Shown here: positions 11,635 through 22,760 of the stretch, piece after piece
Layout of the letters: each line of letters begins with the position of its first letter
Numbering within the stretch: position 1 is the first letter of the stretch
DNA from: Vicugna vicugna
Taxonomy: Eukaryota
Assembly (NCBI GenBank): GCA_013265495.1
Contig: MU058584.1
Span: 5,980,407 to 6,044,406, forward strand
Direction: 5' to 3'
Length of the DNA stretch: 64,000 nt
The notes under the pieces: model-generated
What the model saw: only the letters and a program-made list of their open reading frames with translations
Database searches by the model: none
What the model was told of the DNA's origin: nothing
Position numbers and translations under genes: made by a program

Positions 11635-11790
11635 TTAGTGATTTGCAATCCTAGGCACATTAAAATCACCGGGGGGAAATTTTAAACTGTTAATAATTCA
11701 TGGGCTCCCAGAGACGATTATTTAATTGGTTTGAGTTGCAGTTTGGGCACCTACATTGTCTAAAAAGCTCCTCAGGTGATTCTACTGAAT
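11635..11790. mobile_element. MER5-family hAT-Charlie MITE
   Basis: gcacattaaaatcaccgggg ... aaaagctcctcaggtgattct is the internal inverted structure typical of MER5. Confidence 0.6.
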
Positions 11791-11832
11791 GCACGCTGGT
11801 GTACAAAATAGTACCCACACTATGAACTAATG

Positions 11833-12015
11833 TAGTGGTTCTCAAAGTGTGGTCCTTGGCTCAGAAGCAGCAGCAGCACCTGGGGACTTGTTAGAAATGC
11901 AAAACTGGGGGCCTAATCCGAGACCTACTGAATCAGAAATACTGGGACCCGGCCCAGAAATGTAGTCCGGTAAGCCCTCCAGGTGATTCTCGGGTAAGCT
12001 GTTAGGGAGCCACCG
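11833..12015. mobile_element. MER5A hAT-Charlie MITE
   Basis: tagtggttctcaaagtgtggtcc...cacctggggacttgttagaaatgcaaa...agacctactgaatcagaaa...aagccctccaggtgattct. Confidence 0.85.
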
Positions 12016-12339
12016 AACTAGTGAAGTTATCCGACGGAGTCTGAGCGAGCATCGTTTTATTTCTGATAGACCCCCTCTAATAATGCTTTTGCCTTAAAGT
12101 TTATTTTTTCTTGTATTAATATATTTACTCAATCTCCTTTTATCCTTGAATGAGTTTAACAGAATATACAGTTGTGGGTCATCAGTTATTTTGTCTGCAC
12201 TCATCGAAGATATTCTACTGGCTGTTTGTGCTCAAAATTGTTGAGATCTGTTGTCAGTCTAATTACAGTACCTTTGTAAGCTTTCTTTGTCTCTGGCTGT
12301 TTCTTTTTTCTTTGATATGTTTCAGTTTCACGCTGGTGC

Positions 12340-12342
<3 letters not shown>

Positions 12343-12373
<31 letters not shown>
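12343..12373. repeat. (TG)n microsatellite
   Basis: About 15 TG units, seen directly. Confidence 0.95.
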
Positions 12374-12375
<2 letters not shown>

Positions 12376-12404
12376 CCTGTCTTCGTATTTGATGTCTTCC
12401 TCAG

Positions 12405-12737
12405 TGCTGTGGTCTGAATGTCTGTGTCCCTGCACAATTCATATGTTGAAACCTAACCCTCAACGTGGGTTGACATTAGGAGGTATAGTTTTGGGGAGGT
12501 GCAGAGGTCGAGAGTGGAGCTGTCATGAATGGGATTAGTGCTTTTATGAAAGAGGCTCCTAAGAGATCCCCTGTCCTCTTCCACCATGTGAAGACACAGA
12601 AAGAAAGAATCATCTATGAACCAGGAAGTGGGGCCTTACTAGCCACTACACCAAATCTGCCAGCACCATCATCTGGGACCTCCTGTGAGAAAGAATTGTT
12701 TATAAACCATCAAGTCTGTGGTTTGAACAGACTAAGA
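12405..12737 (+). mobile_element. MaLR solo LTR (MLT1A-like)
   Basis: tgctgtggtctgaatgtctgtgtccc...catgaatgggattagtgcttttatgaaagaggc...gactaaga, with TSD-like flanks ctcag/ctcat. Confidence 0.85.
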
Positions 12738-13276
12738 CTCATTTTGAGATATATTCATCTTTTGTTATTTTAGAAAGTTCTCTATTTTAGAAAGTACTGC
12801 CTCATCCTTTATGCTTTTCTTCTAGAACTTTTCATTTTATAATTTATGTCCCTTAACTGCTTATATTTCTATATCTTGGTTATTATCATTGTACTTTTTA
12901 TTTTTAAAAGTTAAACAATCTTCTATACAATTGTTATAGGTTACTTTCCATTTTACGGTTATTACAAAATATTGTCTGCATTCCCCAGGATGTGTGTACA
13001 ATACATCCTTGAGCCTGTCTTACACCCGATACTTTGTACCTCCCACTCCCTTACCCCTATATTGCGCCTCCCCACCCCTCCCCACTGGCAACCACTAATT
13101 AGTTCTCTATATCTGTGAGTCTGTTTCTTTTTGTTATATTCACTAGTTTGTTGTATCATACAATATTTATTTTCCTCTGACTTATTTCACTTAGCACAAT
13201 GCCCTCTAAGTCCATCTGTGCTGCTGAAAATGGCAAAATTTCATTCTTTTTTATGGCTGAGGAGTATTCCTTTGTG

Positions 13277-13307
13277 AGTGTGTGTGTGTGTGTGTGTGTA
13301 CACAAAG

Positions 13308-13354
<47 letters not shown>

Positions 13355-13366
13355 TATATATATATA
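13277..13366. repeat. Compound (TG)n-(TA)n-(CA)n-(TA)n microsatellite inside L1
   Basis: Seen directly. Confidence 0.95.
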
Positions 13367-13564
13367 TTTTTTATACCACATCTTCTTTAACCATTCATCT
13401 ACTGATGGACATAATTTAGGTTGTTTTAATATCTTGGCAATTGTAAATAATGCTGCTATGAACAATGGAATGCTTGTATCTTTTCAAGTTAGTGTTTTTG
13501 TTTTTTTCAGATATATACCCAGAAGTGGAACTGCTGGGTCATACAGTAATTCTATTTTTAGTTT

Positions 13565-13660
13565 AGTTTAGTTTTTTTTTTAATGGAAGTACTGGGGATT
13601 GAATCCAGGACCTCATGCATGCTAAGCACCCACTCTACCACTGAGCTGTTACCCTCCTCC
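13565..13660 (-). mobile_element. tRNA-derived SINE, camelid Vic-1-like, inserted in L1
   Basis: Minus strand ggagggtaacagctcagtggtagagtgggtgcttagcatgcatgaggtcctggattcaatccccagtacttcc plus A tail. TSD ctatttttagttt (13552) / ctatttttcattt (13662). Confidence 0.85.
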
Positions 13661-13808
13661 ACTATTTTTCATTTTTTGAGAAACCTCCACACTGTTTTCC
13701 ATAGTGGGCACACCAGTTTACATTCCCGCCAACAGTGTACAGTGGTTCCCTTTCCTGCTCATCCTCACTAACACTTGTTATTTGCGGTCTTTTTGATGAC
13801 AGCCATAC

Positions 13809-14765
13809 TACCCATACTACCCAAGGCAATTTACAGATTCACTGCAATCCCTTTCAAAATACCAATGATATTTCTTACAGAACTAGAACAAATAATCTGA
13901 AAATTTGTAAGGAAACATAAAAGATCCCAAATAGCCAAAACAATCTTGAGAAAGAAGAACAGAGCTGGAGGAATCATGCTTCCTGACTTCAGACTATACT
14001 ACAAAGTTACAGTAATCAAAACAGTATGGTATCGGCACAAAACAAATACATAGATCAGTGGAACAGGAGAGAGAGAGCCCAGAAATAAAACCACACATTC
14101 ATGGTCAATTAATCTATTACAAAGGAGGCAAGAATATAACATGGAGAAAGGAAGTCTCTTCAATGAGTAATGCTGCGAAAACTAGATAGCTACATGTAAA
14201 AGAATGAAATTAGAACATTTTGAGCGGATTAAAGACCCAAATGTAAGGTCAGATACTATGAAACTCCTAGAAAAAAAAACAGGCTGAACACTCTTTGACA
14301 TAAATTGTAGCTATATCTTTTTGGATCCGTCTCCTACAATAATGGAAATAAAAGTAAAAAATTAATGAACAGAACCTAGTAAAACTTAAAAGCTTTTGTA
14401 TAACAAAGGGAACCACTGACAAAACGAAAAGACAACCTACTGAATGGGTGAAAATATTTGCAAATGATATGACCGATTAGGGACTAATATCCAACATACA
14501 TAAATGGCTCATTTGACTCAACATCAACCCCCCACCAAAAAAAACCTGATTGAAAAATGGTCAGAACAACTGAATAGACATTTTTCCAAAGAGAAAATAC
14601 AGATGACCAACAGGGACATGAAAAGATGCTCAACATTGCCCATCATCAGGGAAATGCAGATCAAAACCACAATGAAATACCATACACACCTGTCAGAATG
14701 GCCATTAGAACACAAATAACAAATGTTGGCGAGGATGTGGAGAGAAGGGAACCCTTGTTCCTGTA
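13809..14765 (+). mobile_element. L1 ORF2 fragment, inverted relative to the adjoining 3' segment
   Basis: Sense L1 ORF2 sequence, e.g. [38 protein letters not shown], with disabling mutations. Confidence 0.9.
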
Positions 14766-17564
14766 CCTTTATAAAAGAACACTTTCACTGAAAACCAACC
14801 AGCCAAATGTTGGTGCTCTAATTTTTATTTTCTGTATTATTTTCTTATTTATTATTTAATGCATGCTATTTTCCTTTGCCTTCTCAGAGAGCTTGTCACA
14901 TTTTTCTTCACATCACTGATTTTTTTTTGTTTCATTAATTCTATTCTTGAATGCCTCTGTAGCTCATGCAAGTCTTATCCCAAATAGTAGGGAGGTTCTG
15001 CTGTACTTCAAAGAAAACATACACTGAAGATTAATGCTATCCCTTCAACTTGGTAGACTTTCAGGTACCTGGCTAGAATGTACATGCGGGGTTTTAGATA
15101 TCTAAAGAGATTCAAGTATTCTTCCAAATACTCAGTGAGCTAGCAACAAAGACACAGAAGAACACAACTCACCTCACTGAAAATGTCAATGTATCCTCAA
15201 TGACAGAATTTGGGAAGATTTGCCAATAACCAGGACAAATTGGCTGGATTTGGGAATAAAAAACCTTCGCAGTACCGCTTGGCAAAAAGAAGGAAGACCA
15301 ATTTATACTTCTCTCTTATTCTCTGTCTCATGACATAAAATATACAAGGTCTTTAAAATCCTGAACGCCAGGCAGCTAGTAAAAATTAATCCTGTCATAA
15401 CAAACAAAGACTGAAAGTAGGAAGAATCATCGTTCTCTTTTCTGTGAGACCTTCTGACAATTTGGCTTAGTCTTTGAGTCCTAAAGATCTTGGTGGATTC
15501 CTGGTATCATGTAAGGCCAAATGAGAGCCTAGTGACTGTAAGCTCTGAACAAGCTCTGACTAGTAATAGTAGCAAGCGATTCTGTGTGATCTACCTCATT
15601 TTCCACTTCAGACGTCCCCGTAAAGTCATAATAAAACATTTGGCTTCAGTTCCACTGGGCTGTGCAGAACTAAGCAACAGGGGTGTGGAAGGGGTAAGAA
15701 AGGGCTGAGCGGTGTTTTCTTCCCCATGTACTGACTGAACGCGATGGTGGCTCTCCCACGCAGGGGGCATGTGATCTCACGAAGACGAAGCAGTGTGGGG
15801 ACGAGAGGAGGAAACAGAACAGAGAAACCTATTCTTGGCTCTATGTGAGAAAGCACCTTAGGAAACTCTCAGAAAGACTGAAAAACAAAGCAAAACAAAA
15901 ACCCTTGAGAATAATTTCCAGCCATAAACCATGGCTTAAAGCCATAGCAATTTAGTCATTAAAGTCAAATGTGACTTTAACTTGTAGTCAAAACCTGGTA
16001 AGGCCGGGATATCTGACTTACATCTAAATGGTATTTCTAAAAGTACCCAAGGGCAAAACCTTTTGTTCTCTAAAGTATATAAGAATTTTAGATATTCTTC
16101 CTTATTCCTTTAGTAAAACTTTCCTTCATAAATAATGCAAAGGTAAACCAGTCCATGCCTGAGTGGAAAGATCACAATTTCTCAATCTGTGAAGTCCTAA
16201 AATAATGAAAGAAATATACAGAGAGACTGAGCACGTGCAGGCACGCCTCCGTGAGAACAGCCTGGAGATGCTATGAATTGTCGCGGGGGGCTCTTCCTAG
16301 AATCAGTTTCTAATAGTGCGCGGGAATTTCTGTTACAGAATATTTGCTTTATCTATTAATGTCGCTTCAAAGTAACATTTATACTTTCTCCATATGACAA
16401 ATAATAAGGCAAGGTATTTAGTACTGAGATTACTGGATTGGGAGCATGAAAACAGGTTATGTCACAGACCAAATACATAAACTTGGGCAAGCCGTTTCCT
16501 TTCTCCTGGTGTGGTTTTCTTCAACTGGAAGAGTGTGACAGGGTTGTTTGTAAGGCCCTGTCCAGTTTTAACAGTCTACAGTTAAAACAGAAACTAAGAC
16601 AAATGTGTTCGGAAAGACTAATTAGGTTGTGAGTTCAAAGATACAAATCATATCTTAGATTCACTTACTCTTTAAGGAGGTCATATACTTCCTTATACGT
16701 AACAGGTAATTAAAAAAATATCTGTTGATCATATTTTAAATTTTTATGCGATTGGTTTCCCAAATAAGTAGACAGAATGAATTATTTCAAAGGCCCTTTC
16801 CAGCTCTACCACTCTCTGCTTAAATATAAATCAAGGCCAATAAATAGTAGAGTAGACCAACGAGATTTTAAGTTCTTGTTTTTGATCTATGTATTCCTTT
16901 CAAAGCCTCATATAATTCCCTCCGTACCAGGTGCTCAAGAAAATATCTGTAGATTATTTTATTTGCTTTGTTTTTCAAGTGAATTTTCCATATTATAACA
17001 TCAATGAGTTATTTTCGAAGCTCATTATTAATTATGTCTTCCCATTTCTTACTACCTAGATCTTAAAAAAACAAGTGAACAAATGGGGAATGGGTATCTA
17101 AGTGAGCAAAATATTTTGTTTCTTCAACAATGAAACTTGTAATGGCTTTTCCATACTTTAGATTTCATGAATAATAAAATCTAAAAATCCAATAGTAATC
17201 TAGTTTCATGTATACTAGTAGATGTCCTAGGTTTCCTGTATTAAAATCAGAAAGCAAAATTAATTTGAATTCATTGCTGAAGAAACTCTACCCACATATG
17301 ATGTAACTTACAGTACATAGTCCATTGTTAACTGAAAAATCATAGTTAAGAACCTTGGGAAGCAATCTTTCAGCCACATGGCATGAAATAAAAAGGTGAT
17401 ATTCTTTTCATAAATTTTAAAGGTAACACACACATCATGTGAAATATTCTAGCATTTACAAGGAGGAAAAAGGGCAGGAAAAAATACAATTCATATGTAC
17501 TCTCTATAAACATGTAACTCCTAATGAAACACATTAAATAGAAACACATGACTTTTGTTAATTC

Positions 17565-17911
17565 ATTTGTACTTTATGCTTCTTTTTAATAGAAATTAAA
17601 TTAGTTAATTAATGTACATAATGCAGTGTTTGTTTTCCAGTCTAGTTGCTTTTTAGCATTCACTTTTGAGTCTCCTGGGGAAAGTTACTCAGCATCAAGA
17701 TGGGGTTTGATGAGTGAACATTGTCAAGCATCAACTGTACTTCACATAGGACGGAAGAGGCTGGAGTTAATCTGCAGCTAACAACATGGAAAAATAAAAA
17801 GAAACACAGACCTGCAACAGTATCAGCATGCATTATTAGGCCAAGGTTCAAAGTTAACCCAACCCACACAGATTTCCTGTCAGCTGAGCGTCCATGTGGA
17901 AGGGGGCGACT
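17565..17911 (-). other. KIFAP3: KIFAP3 3' UTR with candidate ATTAAA poly(A) signal at 17590-17585
   Basis: Follows the TAG stop, with ATTAAA about 320 nt downstream. Cleavage site inferred. Confidence 0.6.
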
Positions 17912-18055
<144 letters not shown>

Positions 18056-21000
18056 TCATCATACACCCACAATGCAGGTCAAGTAAGAGGCCTGGAATTT
18101 TATACCTCCAAGATTCTCTTTCTAGCAGCAAAACGGACTTATGTGGCTGGCTGCCATTAACCTTTCTTCTTAAATACAGCCATAAAATGTGTACAGTAAA
18201 TATTTACTTCTAACAATTTGTGTTAAAAATGTTGAAAACCTCTGTCATCAGGTTACCATTCAAAACAAAGAGAAAGAGAGATCAGAAAAGTTTTAATACG
18301 TTACATTCTAACATAGCTTTTATGCCAGAGTATGAAAAGATTTTACATGCTAGCAATCAGCTGTAACACATTGCTAAGGAATGATAAAATTAAAACTGTA
18401 GCAAAGTGAGTTTTGCTAGTTGTAATAAAATCTCTTTTTCATAGGATTAATCCACTATTGGTAAGGACATGCAACTGAGTTTCAGCAGTAATCTCTTACT
18501 CAGAGCCAAATCATACTATAAGCTTATGACTAATAGAACAAGACAAAGAATTTTACAAAAGTTGCAATTTCGTTAGCCAGACTTGATCTGCACAGTCTTC
18601 TGACTCCTCAGTGGAAAAAATTACTATATAGTACATGTTTTGAGTGACAGCAAACTCATGATAAATTTTGGTTCAATTTATTCTATGGAAATAATAGAAG
18701 CCCAGAGATAACCTTCAGAGTTATAGATTGAAACATTGATAAACTTGGATTAATTCCTTTAAAATTATTCTTTCATCTATTAATAAATTTAGAAGAAAAA
18801 GTGTGTTTTAAGAATCAGAGAATTATCAAACGCTTAGCAAAATGACAAGATATTTATTTTGCCAGGCAAATACGGCAGCTGTAACATGCTCATGCATAAC
18901 TCATGCGGTGAATGCCAGTGAGCTTATTTCCAATCGAAAGAAATTATTTATAATCCAGAAATGCAAGCTTTGAAAAAAAATATTTAAATGATTCAAGATT
19001 GTCTGAGATTATGCTAGAAATAAACTTTTCCTCTTATTAGCAAAATCTCAATATGACTAAAAATATATTCATATAGGCATAACTTCTCACAACTCAAAAT
19101 GAGATTAAAACACTTTATAAGGAACTTAAAATGTTAAGGTTTTAAATAACTTGTGTGTGTGTGTGTATGCTGGGATAGGATTAAATACTAAAAGTAAAGA
19201 ACCATTAATACATATAGGGCATATATAGTTCATGTGAATCTACCTCTTAGGGGAATGGAATTTCTGAAATACATGTTTTCGGTCAGCATTTGTAGTGAGT
19301 GATCCTGGACAAATCAAACTTTTTGGGCTCCTTCTATGTCAAAACTGTGTCTGTAATTTCTGAAAATTGTTTGAAATTTTTAAGTCTGAATTTTATTTTG
19401 AAATGGCAAATATAAGCATGCCTTCCCTAACTTGATCCCATGGAAAGAAAGATGATATTTTCTGATGAAGGGAACTACTACTCTAGAGGTAGCTTTAAAG
19501 ATGTTTCAGAAATTAATGGAGTCAATTAACTATGACATAGCTGTATCAGTTTAAAATTAGAGGAAAATTTGACCATTGAAAACTTTTTTCTTGAAGCACT
19601 AAGGCTAACGAATACTCATGTATCTAAACAATTCTCAATTATATAAAGGTTGATTATATAGCTTGTGGATTTCAACTCCTTCCTTTTTCATCTTGCTACT
19701 TATTAACTGCCTTCAGCCACTCCTGACACTTCTTAGCATCTCTTCAGAGGCTGAATAGCAGCAGTTTTAGGTTAAACTGTAGTTAACTTTGTCTGTTTCT
19801 CAGTCTCAGGGCTGTGGTGAGATCTCCTTCAAGAACTTGGAAACAAGAGGCACATGGTTGATTAGTGAAGAAATACGCACAAGCACCTTCAAAGCAGAAC
19901 ATCTCACAGAGGAACAATACGACTGTAATTCTATCTCAAAGATGTTGGCACTCAGAAAGGAGTCTGTTAGCCATGCTGGCACAGAACAAGGAGCTCCTCA
20001 GAGGCTTTGTTGGTAGAACCAACCCAAGCAATTCCTTGGGGTGCCCTGTAACACCATCACGACTATCGGACCCTTTTGGCAGGCTTGTCCTCATTGAGGA
20101 AAGGGCCTTAACAAAGGGTCTGAGTCTGAAGACATTATAGGTTCAAATGGCAAAACCCTGTTTCTTTTTATTTCTATGACCAATAAGCAAACTTCTGATC
20201 ACTGTTTTCTCATGTGGCTTGCCAACAGGGTAAAGAATAAACTTAGACATTGTCTGTCATTTGCCTGATGGTTATACTTTCACTGTAAATTGACAAATGA
20301 ATACTCTGTTTTATTAATATGTCACATTTTTTTGTTAAGAATATGCATCCCCAAGTCAGTGAATGTAAGACCAAACCTTGAACACTGATATATTTGAGTT
20401 TCTGAGCCTGCAAGCTTACTGTAATAAACTTCTATTTATGCACTCAACGGTTCACCCACAGACATCTGTGTGCATTACAAGGTACAAGACACATTCTTTT
20501 TTAACTTCCATAGATATTATTCAGGAGAAGTTTTCAAATAGGAAAATGAAGCCAACTCCTAAAAGTAAGTTTTCCTGGAATTATCCATCATGTATCACAG
20601 ATGAACTTGCTGTTTAAAGAATATCTGAAACATTATTGGATGGTACTTTGACGTAAGTCCTAGGTCCTTTTGTATTATGAAAGATCAACTATATTCACAG
20701 TTAATATCTTTTAAATAAAATTCACTCTTAAATAGAATAGTTCGATTCCTTTAACTCTCATTTGGTTTTAATATAGTAGGGAAATTGGCTTTTCAGGATG
20801 CTAAAACCTGGAGATCGATATTCTTTTGGGACATGAGGACACTTACTTTACTTCCTCCCTTGGGATAAGGATGTAACCTTGTTAATGCTGAATCTGGTCA
20901 AAATCAAGAGAGCCTGATATAAGTCTTCCCAGTAGAAGCAGATAGACTATCTAAGTTCTTCTGGAAGGGGACAGAAACATGAACGTAACAGGGAAGTGAC

Positions 21001-21874
21001 AGCGAAAATTGTCCTTTCCTGATGCACCGAGGCTTGACTTAGAGCAAACAGTAGTAAAGCCACTTGCATGCCCTCATTACCGACCCTGAGAAAGTAAGCT
21101 GTGGTGTGCTGCACCTGCTCTTGCCCTGTGTGACCATTCTGCTTCAGATGAGAGTTTGCATATTTGGCTATTTATACTGGAATTTAATCCAACACTGAAC
21201 ATGCGTCTCTGTGTGTGCACTCTCTTCCTGGTACTCCTAAACAATATAAAAAAGCTGTGTGTCACTTTAGATTAGAATATGCCACTACTAGATCACTTTT
21301 TCTTTACAAGACAAATTTTGTAGTTATCATTTAACCTTTATTCTCAATGTCTAGAAATCTTTTTTTGGACCTCTGAATTAGAAAAACACCAGAATGCAGT
21401 ATTACTTCTTGAAAATATATAATTCTAGTCCAAAGAAAATGGTTACTGTTTGTTGTGAAGAGACAAGTAGGAAAGGTTAGGCCCCCATCTGCTATTAACT
21501 TTTATATCCCAAGAACAATGATTTTGGGGCACCTAGAAAAAAATGAAAGATTCTTCATAAGTAAAATATATTTAAAATCAACAGCAAATATAAACCACTT
21601 CTAGATTTTTTTTTTAAAGAAACATTTAGGAATCTAATTAGCACTCAGCAAGCATAAGACTAAAGTTTCTGTAAAATTTACAAGGCTTCAAACAGATTTT
21701 CAACAGCATTCACTTGAATTCTAAACTTGAGGTGATTCGAAAGGGAGGAAACAGAAATCAGACATGACAAGTGATGCTTCACATGCAGCACATCACAAGG
21801 GGACGGCAGCCAGCACGGACTCCTAGGCACTCCGAGGCTCTTATTAAACTTCTGCGCCAGAGTTGACATTCCTA

Positions 21875-22000
21875 TAGAAAGGGAAGAAAATTACCTACCT
21901 CTGGCTGTGTGTGAGGCTTAATTAGTGCGTATTTGTAAAGCACTTTGAAATCCTTGGCTGAAAAGTGCTGCATAAGTGAAAAGTATCATTATTGTATTAA
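21875..22000 (+). mobile_element. Ancient MIR-family SINE 3' tail (MIR1_Amn-like), unusually intact
   Basis: acctacctc...tgtgaggcttaattag...tttgtaaagcactttgaaatccttggctgaaaagtgctgcataagtgaaaagtatcattatt follows the recalled amniote MIR tail consensus. Confidence 0.7.
21922..21967 (-). CDS. KIFAP3: KIFAP3 alternative C-terminal cassette exon (KAP3B-type): (S)TFQPRISKCFTNTH*; whole exon probably 21899-21967
   Basis: Acceptor cttttcacttatgcAG (21969-21968), correct phase 2, TAA at 21924-21922, donor GAG|GTAGGT at 21898-21897. The product is 21 aa shorter than the long form, matching recalled mouse KAP3A (793 aa) vs KAP3B (772 aa) and the recalled KAP3B tail containing PRISKCF. Confidence 0.8.
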
Positions 22001-22139
22001 AATTAGATGAAAGCAACACAAGGCTTTTTCTTCTTTGACATTTCCAAGTCAGCAAAACGAATGCAAAGCAAATAATGAATACATTAGTGGATGCTAGAGA
22101 AAAAAAAAGGGGGATACATTCAAGCCAAGTTCTCTTTTC

Positions 22140-22760
22140 ATAGGCTCACAGAATCTTTGACTTGGACACATTTTCAGAAATAATCTGATGTAGTCACAAC
22201 ATCTGTGAAGGCTCTACAAAAATTCTTGTCGGAACACCCCCAGAAATGAAGTGCTCATTACGTAGTCAAGGCAGTTCATTCCTTCTACAGACACATTAAA
22301 CTGTTATAAAGTTCTTTATTACACTGATCTGAAATTTGGTTCTATTAGTCCTAGAATTACTTCCTTGAACCACAAAAGAAGTCTAATTCTTCTTTAATAT
22401 GACTACTTCACAACTGTCATTTAATCAATCTTCATGCCATGGTCTCTAAAATCATGTTCTCTCTAAAATACCTCATTTTTTTGCTCACTATCTTAAAATA
22501 AGCTGAAAATAATGCGGTACTTATGATGTGGTCTGAAACCGGTACAGAACATAACAAGATCCTATTTCTGACTCTCTGCTATTGTGGGCTAAAACTGTAT
22601 TGATCTTTATCAAAATTTTTAAGGAGTCACTACCACAAAATGGCTTATATTGACTGTGTAATTGTGTGTGGAGACACACACAGACACACATGGAATTTAT
22701 AATTTGTAACTACCATGTTTAACTTCATCTTTTTAGTTTGGGTCTTTCTTTGCAGATTCT
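22140..22760 (-). mobile_element. L3/CR1 LINE remnant
   Basis: gaagtgctcattac...aaggcagttcattcc...ctgttataaagttcttt and gatgtggtctga motifs typical of antisense L3. Confidence 0.5.

Larger units (their letters stand above)
12900..13808 (-). mobile_element. L1 3' end (ORF2 C-terminus and 3' UTR), antisense segment
   Basis: Minus-strand ORFs MFIAALFTIAK and NEILPFSAAQMDLEGIVLSEISQ are L1 ORF2/3' hallmarks. Confidence 0.9.

Noticed and set aside
12150..13571. ORFs with CVCV/THTH/YIYI runs (also at 53337-53586 and 55030-55284)
   Set aside because: Translations of microsatellites and L1 debris.
13575..13660. tRNA-like sequence (also at 5235-5316)
   Set aside because: A/B boxes are followed by an A tail and, at 13565, a TSD. 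This is a SINE, not a tRNA gene.
19780..21290. Possible old LTR fragments
   Set aside because: Only vague LTR-like composition, with no definable termini or family.
21678..21869. 63-aa ATG ORF MSTLAQKFNK...
   Set aside because: Out of phase with KIFAP3 when the adjacent acceptor is used, and no independent promoter evidence.
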